Source of the DNA: Fistulifera solaris
Taxonomy: Eukaryota
Length of the DNA stretch: 64,000 nucleotides
NCBI GenBank assembly: GCA_030295235.1
Contig: AP026123.1
Span: forward strand, 1,302,001-1,366,000
Reading direction: 5' to 3'
In this document: positions 25,293-35,546 of the stretch, one piece after another
How the letters are laid out: each line of letters opens with the position of its first letter
Position numbering within the stretch: the stretch's first letter is position 1
Program-made: the position numbers and the translations under genes
Notes under the pieces: model-generated
Told to the model about the DNA's origin: nothing
Database searches by the model: none
The model's input: the letters and a program-made list of their open reading frames with translations, nothing else

Positions 25293-25950
25293 TGATGGGA
25301 TAAATGGTCCATATTCATTGGAAAAAATGACGAGCAATTCCAAGTTTTTGGTGATGACTTGACTGTTACTAACATCGAGAAGATTTCTCGTGCCATCGAT
25401 GAAATGGCTTGCACTTGCTTGTTGTTGGAAGTCAACCAGATCGGCAGCATCACGGAAAGTATCGCTGCTGTCAAGATGGCAAGGCAGGCCGGGTGGGGTG
25501 TCATGACGTCTCATCGATCGGGTGAAACGGAGGATACGTACATTGCCGACTTGGCTGTCGGTCTCTGCACTGGTCAAATTCAGACTGGAGCTCCTTGCCG
25601 ATCGGAACGTTTGGCTAAATACAACAGACTGTTGCGTATCGAAAAAGAACTTAAGAAAAAGGGCGCGAAGGTTACATACGCCGGAATTGGATTCCATAAA
25701 ACAGCATGGATGGGTGGAGTCGCAGTTGCAAAGTAAATGATTTCGCTCAACTAATTCTACTTTATATCACTGTTAGATATGAGATTAGATAGAAGGCCGT
25801 AGATTTTCTTTTGAGACTCGTTTTGATGCTGCTACTGCTAGTAGTCTTCCGAGACCAGCATTTGGTACAGTAGCGGCTGATTGACAGTAATTTTACTGAG
25901 GCTGCATTCGCTTAGCATTCTTCACACCTTTGTTCTTTCGTGTAACCAAA
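25288..25950. repeat. Direct duplication copy 2 (enolase 3' fragment, intergenic region, true ABC-F 3' end)
   Basis: Collinear with 22713-23362. Confidence 0.93.
25296..25736 (+). pseudogene. Enolase C-terminal fragment
   Basis: Matches the last ~147 codons of the upstream enolase; no 5' part; LLLKVNQ is changed to LLLEVNQ and GQIKTG to GQIQTG. Confidence 0.9.
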
Positions 25951-28650
25951 CTAGCGGTCTTGGCCCCACCAAAGTTCTTTTTCTTAGCAGCCTCCTCTAT
26001 TGCTGACAAGTCGATGACGGGTGCCGATTCGATCCTCTCTACTCCTGCAACGTATCGAGCTTCGACTTTTTCCTTGAACTCTTTACTTCTTTCCATGTAA
26101 AACTTGTAATCTCCTTGGTATTTGACAAGGGCTCTATCTTCTACAGCTACGATGGAAGTCGCTACCCGGGAAATGAAGTAGCGATCATGAGAAATAATCA
26201 TGACAGATCCGACGTAGTGTTGAAGGGCTTCCTCCAACATTTCTTTGGCTGGAATATCCAGGTGATTTGTCGGTTCATCCAAAATGAGAAAATTCGCTGG
26301 TCGCAACATCATCGTGCATAATGATAAGCGAGCCTTCTCTCCACCGGACAAATTGCGAACCTTTTTGTCAACCGCGTCGCCTTTGAAAAGAAATTGACCC
26401 AAAAACGCTCGTAACTCGTTGTATGACTGCCCATTACTTGCACCTTGAATCGTCTCCAAAACAGTCTTATCTAGATCCAAAACGTCAGCCTGGTTTTGTT
26501 CGAAGTAATTCATTACAACGTTTTGACCCACTATACCAGCAGTACCGTCATCCGGGGTTTCTTTTCCAACTAAAAGACGAAGAAGGGTGCTCTTCCCACA
26601 GCCATTCGGACCTACCACGGCAATTCGGTCACCTTGTTCGATAAACAAATTCACATGGTCGAACAGACGATTCTGCGTTTGTGTCTGTTGATTCACGTAA
26701 CCATGCGACAAGTCTTTAATCTCAGCAACTTCGGGACTTAACCGAGGACCCTCTGGAAATCGAAACTTAAATGGTTTTCCCAGAAAAGGAGGCTTCTGAA
26801 CGTACTCTTCACTCTTCATGAATTTTTCGAGTTTCGCCTCGCGTTGCTTGACAGCTTGTGGTTGCTTTACTTTGAATTTATTGATCCACTGCTTCTCTTC
26901 TTTGATCTTTTTCTCTTGTGCATTGTAAGCTGCGTGCCAGGCGTCCAATCTAGCTTTCTTGAGCTGAAGAAATCGAGAGTAGTTACCATCGTACGTCGTG
27001 CAAGTGCCGCCTTCCGCGTCCACAATTTTGGTGCACACCTGATCCAAAAACTCGCGATCGTGACTAACAATCACCATTGGAATATTTTGCTTTCGAAGGA
27101 ACTCTTCCATCCATTCCACGCTCTCGAGGTCCAAGTGATTTGTCGGTTCATCCAAAAGAAGCACGTTGGGATCCTGGAGCAGAACTTTTCCTAGACCAAT
27201 TCTCATTTTCCATCCCCCAGAAAAGCTCGCGACGAGATAGTCCGCTTCTTCCTCATTGAAACCCATCAGATCCATGACCTTTTGGACACGACTTTCTAAT
27301 ATGTAGACTTCTTTGTTCTCTGCTTCGTTTTGTAGCTCCTGCATACGATCAAGAATTTCCTGCATTTTATCAGTGTCGTCGGCGGACAATTGCTCCAAGG
27401 CCGCTTCTGTCTCCTTTATTTCTTCAAGAATTGCGTTTTCGGCTGCAAAGACTGATAACAGTTCCTCTTTCAACGTTCGTTCTGGAATAAGTTCATCCAC
27501 AAACTCCTGGCGAAGTACCGCGACGCGCAAGTCTTTGGACGATTTCACTACATCGCCGTATGTTGGCTCCAATTCTCCCGCCAATATACGAATTTGAGTT
27601 GTCTTTCCTGCTCCATTAGCTCCAACCTTTGGTTTGTAAATTGTTCGGACAATATTTGAATCGAACGTGAAGGTTTGACGGAGGAGGTGTTAACAAAGTA
27701 ATTTGATTTCCGATGCGAGATTGCACGACAGTTAAAACGAGTGTTTGACTTCAGTGAGAATACACACAACAATTGAATTGAAAGAAAACTCTTTTACCTA
27801 CCAATCCGATGCGGTCGCCTGTTTGGACGCCCCATGTAACGTCCTTGAGCACTTCCTGGTTTCGAAACGTGATTCCAACGTTCTCGAGTCGAAGCGAAGT
27901 ATAATCTGGCTGGGAACTTTCCATGACACGAATTCTCGGAGGAGGGCGTTCTTTTCGAATTTTATCTTCCAAAGTGACCCTTCCTTCTCCATCTTCCTCC
28001 GCGTTTTCGTCTTGCGGTACTTCCTCCTCAACGGCTGCCACCGGTGACTCCGAAGTCTCCATTTCTAATTGTTTTTGCTTCTTCTTCTCTTGCTTTTCAG
28101 CCAGTTTGGCAGCCTCTTTTTCTTCCTTCTTTTCAAAGCTTTCAATTCCTTTTTCGAAAGCGCTGGTCCATCGCTGTCGCTGACATTCTCCTGAGCCGAC
28201 TCGAGTGCTTCTAACTCAAGGGCTTTTTGCAGCATTAGATCCTTCTTGCTCATTTTAGGTTGTTCTTCCGGTTTGCTTTCCTTTTCTAATTTTGTGTGAT
28301 CATTCTTTGCATGATCTTCGTCGCTACTGCCATTTAGAGATTCCATGGCCAGCGCATTCTGTAACATCTCTTCTTTCTTGCTGAGTTTTGGACTTTTCGG
28401 ACTGGCTTGTTTACTTTCTTTTTGTTTCTGCTTTTCCAGTTCCATTCGTTCCTTCATGGATAACGGCTCATCATCTTCCAGTTCATCCAAGACGTCCAGA
28501 TTGAAAGAAGAAGCCATCTTTTTCTTTTTCGCGAAGAGTTGTCGACCCGCCCCACACGGCTGGTCGACGAGAGGATGTCGGAACGAATGATTGCACGCCG
28601 GACAAGCATGCCAGGGATAGCATTAACAGGATAGTCCTTGTGTCTATCAT
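25893..28650 (-). CDS. ABC-F family ATPase, plastid-targeted; 1 intron, 2 frameshifts
   Basis: Presequence MIDTRTILLMLSLACLSGVQSFVP; two ABC domains (GANGAGKT/FSGGW/LDEPTNHLD and GPNGCGKS/LSGGE/LDEPTNHLD); no TM domain. Intron 27627-27801 restores GLVGANGAGKT. Frameshifts near 28550 and at 28130-28133. Confidence 0.9.
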
Positions 28651-29116
28651 ATTATTGAATTATCGTCTGCGTAGATGATGATTTGTAGAGGTTCTGCTTG
28701 ATCGGACGATGGAAGAAAACTTTTTCATTTGACTCTAACATTTTATCGTCGTCTTTCGTGGTCGCGGTGGTTGACGTTGGAGCAAGTTTTAGCGAAAAAG
28801 TCGTCCGCGACTTGTACACGGACTGAAAGAGTACCCTGGTTACCTTCTTCCGTTCCACGTGGATCTGGCACGGAGTTCAACACAAACGTCAGACGGCGGG
28901 TTTTCACCACCATCCAAAGCAACCGACATTTTTCTTGTCTTTCCAGTACTAAAATGCACGTAAACCAACACAACGCGGGATATATCTTGTGCCGGTACGA
29001 CATGAAAGACTCATTATCGTCATCGCCAAGAAAATGTGAACATGATGATTGTTTCGATGATGCGTTCGATGCTTTTACTTCCTTTAAATACGTTCAAAGC
29101 CTGCAATATTCTAATC

Positions 29117-29874
29117 ATGTTCCGAAACCTTGTTTTATTATTGACATTCTTCGCCGGAAGTTCCGCTTTCGTAGTGGCTCCGTCGACCCGACTCGGCACG
29201 TCGTTGGCCGTCGCTGTGGATACGTCCGACATTAAGAATGGTATGACCATCGAGATTGACGGCGAGCCGCACAAAGTCCTGAGTTTTTCAATCATGAAAC
29301 AAGCTCGTGGTGCGGCCAAAACAACCATCAAGTTCAAGAACTTGGAACGTGGGAACACAATCGAAAACACCTATCGCTCGGGGGAGAAATTTGAAACGGC
29401 CATGATTGAACGAGTCGACGCGCAATTTACGTTTCAAGAAGGAGTACGTATAGTGATGACACAGACATTGGATCTGGGCTTGTGGAACTGAAGTCTTTCT
29501 TATTATATGGTGCTGACTGTTGTATCTATGTGCTCTCCACAGAATACTTTCTTTTCATGAACACGGAGACTTTTGAAGAAATCCCTGTCAACGAAAAAGT
29601 TGTTGATGATCGGGCCAAATGGATAAGCGAAGGCGGTGAAGTAACTTTGGTTACATTCAAGGACAAGGTGATCGAAGTCGTCGTTCCCTCTCCGCAAGTC
29701 TTTGAAATCGTTCAAACCGATCCCAACATGAAAGGAAACACCGCTCAGGGCTACACCAAACCCGCCGTTCTAGACTGTGGAGCCACCATCAATGTTCCGG
29801 GGTATCTTGAAACAGGTGAAAAGATTAAAGTCGACACGGAGAAGGGTGAATTCTTGGAGCGTGTCAGAGCGTAA
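29117..29874 (+). CDS. efp: Translation elongation factor P, plastid-targeted; 1 intron
   Basis: SSAFVV presequence; DIKNGMTIEIDGEP, FMNTETFEEI, TDPNMKGNTAQG and KPAVLDCGATINVPGYLETGEKIKVDT. Intron 29444-29542; one T is needed at 29552-29555. Confidence 0.9.
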
Positions 29875-31042
29875 AATGTTACTGCTAAGTTAAAAGAGTT
29901 GTCATTGACATACAAAGCGATATTGCAGATTTATGGTTATCGCCTCATGAACGTTATTGTAGAAAGTGATTTGAGCTTGGTATTTTTAAACGATGTGATA
30001 GTCTCTTCATTCTACCGCTGCGCCTTCGATCGCATTAGTCATATTGATGAGCGCGGATGGGTCTCCAGAGACGACTATGCTCGTTGAAACCAGTGTTCAC
30101 AAAAAGACTTTTTTATGGTGAAAGGCGATGTGGTTCTTTTAAATGGGAATTCGTTGAATCTACCGTCATGCCCCGTTTATACCTTTGCATCGTCGCATGT
30201 GTGTGAAGCGTGAAAGCAACATAGACGATGCGCGTTGCTCTGATTTGATTGCGCGCTTACTGTTGAAGTTTCCAATGAATTTCATTTACGGATCCTGTTT
30301 TACGCCTTTACCAAATGGTGTTTTGAAATAATAATATGTAACGGACCGACGAAGTAATGATGTGATGTGTTCACTGCGTTCTATCCGAAATCCAAAACCT
30401 CCCACCTTTCTCCGCCAAGTTCGCGATTTGGATTTGGAGGACTATTTACTTAGGATAAGTCATTCTAAGTATTCGTTCAAACTTTGTAAATAATTGAGAA
30501 GGACTTCCCTTTAAATAGAGAAACGACGGTTAATATATTCGCAAGTGACCAGTTGCGGACGAATTTCGAGCGTAAGATAACAATCTACTTTATAGTAAAC
30601 CCACGACATTCGGGACGGATAACCTACTATCGGGCGCGCCACTTTTATATATTCTTAAGATACGTATAAGTAGAAAAAGGTGCGCATCTTCGGCTGCGTT
30701 TTCTGCTGCCACCACAAGACTCCTAACAGTCTCTTCGGACCGTCACCATTCTTACTCCGAATAATTGACATCACCTAAAGCCTAAGCAATATAACGCTGA
30801 TCGTACAAAGCGATTCTATTGAATGGACGTGCGTTGGAGATCTTCTATTTACATTTGAAAAGAGGAACTGGTCGTATTCAAAGCGAAAAGAAATACCAAC
30901 TTTGGAGCGTTAAAAGCCTTCGGTGCGTTGCCTTTTCCTTCCACGAACGAATTAGATTCGGCCTTTACGATCAACCCATCGTTCAGCGGTCACATAAATC
31001 GGTCGACACTTATCTTATTTAATTTAAGCCAGCGGAAATACC

Positions 31043-32798
31043 ATGCCATCGCATCCACCCCATGCGCGCATCTTTCCGGAAGGGTATCCTCGATCTCGAG
31101 GGCCTTACTTTGCACGACCTCCTTCCTTTCAACACGAGCCGACTCCTCCATCACCGCGCGCTGCACCGCCTCCCGAGTACGCACCTCCTCGATGGTATGA
31201 TCATTCTCGCCCCCGTGAGCAGCCGTGGCAGCCTCCGCCACCCAGTATCCGCGGTCGGATAGCGCACCGCTTCAACGAAGCAGAAGCTGCCTATCAGTAT
31301 CCGATGCGACGTCGCCATATGCAGCCTGTAACGGACGCCAATCAAGAGCCGTGGACAGTTCCAAAGCCCAAAAGCAGTGAGAGAAAAAGTAACACAGTCT
31401 TGATAGCGGGAAGAGGACGTCGTCTGACGAAGCATCTGACGAGAAAACAAAAAAGGAGGGAGACTCCTTATCTTTGCTAGCAAAGGTTAGCTCGTCTATG
31501 GCTCCTCCCCACAAGCGCAAATCATCGCAACAGGAAAGGCAACAGCGGAATGAGGAAAGCGAGGGTGAAGATCCGGAGACGAAAGATGAGAGGACGAGTT
31601 CCCCGTCAAACGCTACGCCGCGAATCTCTCGACCCGGTAACGTTTCCCCTATCCAGCCTGGGAATGGAATGTATGGAGGTCCTGCTATCACTCCTTACAC
31701 TATGACACAGGCAGCTCCTGTTTCTGTTAATATCATGCCAAAGCCAATCACACCAACAGGCCATCCGGCCAAATATCCTCGCTTTCACGCTAGACCACCG
31801 CAGCACTACAACGGGACGCTATACATGGAAGAGCGCGGTCCTCGCTATTACGGGCCGCCACCACCACAGCCGCGTGGAGTTTACTCGAGTGGCCCTCCCG
31901 CTATGCATCCTTACTATCACCCCGGCTCGCATGGACCGCCTACACCTCAGCTTTCAAATTTTCCAGCTGGGGAATCGTGGGTCAGTCCAAAGAATGAAAG
32001 GGGTTACTATTCCCAGAATCCAGCTGTGGTGGAACGCAATTCCTTCGATAGCGCAGAAAATCCGGCCACTAGCGCTCCGCCTCATGAGGGTGACGGATAC
32101 TGGCAACCTCCCTTTCCCGCGGTGAGTCCGTATCATGGTCGCTTCGATGGTACTGGACCTTACCTGCCGCCTCGCTGGTCTCACGAAGGACCGGCACCAT
32201 GGGGTTATCCTCGTCCTCTCGGTCCTGCACACCCACATTTGGAAGAGCATACTCTGGAAGGCGACCGTGCGACTATGTCGCGAAGTTTTGCTCCGTACAC
32301 TTACGTGCAACAACCCCGTCTGGAATCGAAGACTCTTCTTCGCAAGAAGTTTTCGTGGAAAAACTATCCAGAGGTACGTTAACGTTTCGTCAAATCTCTT
32401 GACTCTGTCAGTGTAATTCAAACCTCATCATTTTCTTTACAGCTGGAGCGTTTCTTGATTGAGAACAGAGAAGAATATCTAGAACACTCGTCTCGTAACT
32501 ACACCGTGGCCCAAAAACAATACAACAACATGTTGACAGAGCGATTGTTGGAAGTTGCCGAAAAAGCTGGCTATGCCTTCGACCAGGATGAGTTCAATTT
32601 TGTCTCCATTCGTGACCGAATTCGCTGCTACTACAAGTCGTATGTACAGACAGTTCGTAAACGCGGTCTTCCCTCATCCTGGTAATGCCAGAAATAGCAA
32701 GAAAGCAAAGACTGCTTCGGACAATGGGGGAGACAACGGAGATGAGGGGGGATAGCGATGACGCCATTGAGAATAACATGGAGAATGGTGATTCGTAA
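31043..32798 (+). CDS. Pro/Tyr-rich protein with a compact C-terminal helical domain (possible transcription regulator); 1 intron, probable frameshifts
   Basis: ORFs 31043-31480, 31474-32382 and 32455-32685. Intron 32374-32442 joins KFSWKNYPE to LERFLIENREEYL. Both ends depend on inferred indels (uncorrected stop at 32685). Confidence 0.65.
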
Positions 32799-32916
32799 TT
32801 TGTCAGGGGAACGTGCAAACAATGTCAAATAATGTAATTGTAATTTCTACTTGTCGGCATTTTTTACAGTCAAGACATAAGAATGTTTTGGTGGATGTTA
32901 ACAACCAATCAATCAG

Positions 32917-33606
32917 TCAGTCCTCGGACAACTGCATGACGGCATTCCGAAGTCGTTTCCAGGCATCGCCTCGATCGTAGCTCCCTTCGAGCACAAACTT
33001 TGGATCCACCTCCAAAGACATCCAAGCGTCACCATCTTCCCGTTTCATCCCCAATAAACCTTCTAACTCTACTTCCGTGAACTCGCAGTAGTTAAAAAAT
33101 ACTTTGCAGCTGTTTTCTTTGACCTTTTCCGCGGTTCGAGCAGCGTCCCAGCCTCCTTGGTATATACCTGAATTGCCTATTTCCTCCACGTTCCAATCGG
33201 CATGGTCGTGCAATAGAATGATCCCTTCACCCCCGCGATCGCCTCCTCGAAAAATGCGGTCCTCGCATAAAGCGGGTGGGGCGTTGGGCATAGATTCTCC
33301 CACGGAAAACGCCGTCGGATGGTCGAGAATGAGACCACGGATTAAATAATCACTCCCGTCTTCGGCCTCCCCCATGGTATAAATGTAAATAGCCGCTTGT
33401 CGGTAAAAATGATGAAACTCTTCGGCGGGTGATATCAAGACGACGCCATTGCGCACGATCGCTTCGGGTCCTTTTCCTAGAAACGAGCGAACAAAAGGGA
33501 CCGAATGCAGCTGTGAAGAAATGCGGCGTCTCGTCAAACCAGGTGAAAATCCATTGACCGCGTGAATTTGGAGAGTGGAGATAATAAGAAAAAGAAAGGA
33601 CTTCAT
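32917..33606 (-). CDS. YqgE/AlgH (DUF179)-like protein, predicted plastid-targeted
   Basis: Signal plus VNGFSP; F.QAAIYI, GLILDHPT, IFRGGD, IYQGG, KVFFNYCEF..ELE and a terminal W..L pattern. Confidence 0.75.
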   Translation of the reverse strand: MKSFLFLIISTLQIHAVNGFSPGLTRRRISSQLHSVPFVRSFLGKGPEAIVRNGVVLISPAEEFHHFYRQAAIYIYTMGEAEDGSDYLIRGLILDHPTAFSVGESMPNAPPALCEDRIFRGGDRGGEGIILLHDHADWNVEEIGNSGIYQGGWDAARTAEKVKENSCKVFFNYCEFTEVELEGLLGMKREDGDAWMSLEVDPKFVLEGSYDRGDAWKRLRNAVMQLSED

Positions 33607-33690
33607 GGTATGGACTGGAATAATAACGATGGTTTCTTGGAAGACACTTTCCAGTTTCCAGAATCCTTTTTTTGTGTTTTATGCGAGGAC

Positions 33691-33732
33691 ACCGCACCCG
33701 TCGCCCATGTTTTCTGGGTACAGTACGTGCAA

Positions 33733-33791
<59 letters not shown>

Positions 33792-34021
33792 TCTGGGTAC
33801 GTGCAAACAACACACCCCCACAATTTCTGGGTACCGGTACGTGCAAACAACACACCCCCACAATTTCTGGGTACGTGCCAACACCGCATCCCCATATTTT
33901 CTGGGAACGTGAAAACACAACTCCCCCATATTTTCTGGGTACGTCTAAACATCGCATCCCCATATTTTCTGGGAACGTCAAAACACCACACGCCCACATT
34001 TTCTGGGTACGTCTAAACACC
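33691..34021. repeat. ~34-bp minisatellite (8 ttctggg anchors) with one unit expanded into (CA)26 at 33737-33788
   Basis: Unit ttttctggg(t/a)acgt..aaac....c.cccca(c/t)a; reverse-complement relative at 52455-52570. Confidence 0.95.
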
Positions 34022-34125
34022 ATTCGGCGATCTTTCGGATTTTGATTTTGTGCCGCAAATTTTTACGTTACGATGTCAGCCCATGCCTTCAATAAATATC
34101 TTTTATTGACCAACAAGTGTCAAGC

Positions 34126-35106
34126 ATGTCGCTGAGTGAAATATCCGGAGTTTGGCAACGCTTATGGGAAGAAGATCCTCTCGGAGATGCGGAGAATGCG
34201 GATCGAACGACTCTGGTTTTATGGATCCAAACTCCGTCTGGAATTTACGTCGATCTTCGTTTGCCCCAGCGTTCCTTGGACCTGCCCAGGATAAAAATGG
34301 GCCCCTCGGCAATTGATGGAAAAGGCGTGGCATGTTCGAATGAAGAATTCATGGATGTTCTTTCGTGTCAAAAGTCGTTTGCGGGCGTTCTGAATTACGA
34401 GCATACGAATCCTGATTCTTGTGTGACGATCCAATCCGACAAAATTCTGGCCAATCTCAATCACAACGGCCCCATTCCTCTCAGTACATGTACATGGCAT
34501 CGAATGATTGACTCTCAGCCTCCCACAGGCAGTCCTGACATTGGAGTGTGTTGTGCGAGCGCTCCGATGGGAGCGGATGGTTCCGTGGATATACGAGAAA
34601 CTGGGCACGATGCGAGTTATGCGGAAGGATGGCACCGATTACCCAAAACATCCAACGGTCCTTACATGGCTCTGGAATTGATGTCGGAAGAACGAAAAGG
34701 ATATTGGGTGCGGGCGGGAAATCACTTTGCTTATGCTGTAGGGCGGCCCCTACACAATCGACTCGATGAATACAATGTTTCGTCTTTGCAAGACTTGTCG
34801 AAAATGAGCGCCATAAGTATGAGTGAAAAAGCAGCAATCATAGGCAGTTATGTTTGTGTCGCTGGTAGCATTGATGAGGAAAGTGACTCTTGGATCATTC
34901 ATCATAGCACACATCCCGAGCTCATCGGCTGTGAACTTGCTGGCACGAGTGAATCGCAAACGGCCTGCTCTTTCCTGGAATGGAAGGCCGATGAGCTTCT
35001 CGAGGAGACGTTGCATGGAGGCAATGGTTCCAGAGTATGGAAAGTCGTACAATTGGATGGCTGTGAAGCCCCGTCAAGAATCGTGGTCGATAAACACGTC
35101 CTTTAG
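34126..35106 (+). CDS. HRI1-like hypothetical protein
   Basis: ~326-aa ORF; GVWQR..., VLWIQTPSGIYVDLRLP, SFAG, TWHRMIDSQPP..PDIG and ETG...YAEGWHRL. Confidence 0.6.
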   Translation: MSLSEISGVWQRLWEEDPLGDAENADRTTLVLWIQTPSGIYVDLRLPQRSLDLPRIKMGPSAIDGKGVACSNEEFMDVLSCQKSFAGVLNYEHTNPDSCVTIQSDKILANLNHNGPIPLSTCTWHRMIDSQPPTGSPDIGVCCASAPMGADGSVDIRETGHDASYAEGWHRLPKTSNGPYMALELMSEERKGYWVRAGNHFAYAVGRPLHNRLDEYNVSSLQDLSKMSAISMSEKAAIIGSYVCVAGSIDEESDSWIIHHSTHPELIGCELAGTSESQTACSFLEWKADELLEETLHGGNGSRVWKVVQLDGCEAPSRIVVDKHVL

Positions 35107-35546
35107 AAAACGACCAAGTGGCGGAGAAATATTGATGTAGCATTGAAGTTTAAATGTAAGTTAGTGCGTCTCGTTAAGCATTCATTTATTAGTTGTAATG
35201 TTGAGGCACCTTACCCCTTTCCGACTTCGATGTACCTAGCTAGAGAGTTTCACTGGGATTTATTTGCCCGTCGCGGTCTTGGAGGGTCGTGCTAAATAAA
35301 GTCATGGGTGCCGGTACGATTCATCTTGCAGTACGAAATTTAAATGACTGTAGCCGCAACAGTAGACGGAAATTGCCTCCAATCACGCAGCCTGCGTGCA
35401 TTGCAACTGGCACCTCTTTTGCGGGGCTGTTGCCGCGATAACGCTCAAGTCCATTTTACTGGAAAACATCTCCTGGATGTTCAATTCATTCCTTGAGGTA
35501 TCAAAGATCAGAGATAACAACACATTCTAAATTACCCGAAAATAAA

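Noticed and set aside
22713..25950. LTR retrotransposon (650-bp direct repeats around an internal region)
   Set aside because: The repeats are host coding and intergenic sequence without TG...CA ends, and the interior has no gag/pol.
33350..34045. ORFs with poly-HT or poly-CV tracts
   Set aside because: These are translations of the (CA)26 tract and the minisatellite.
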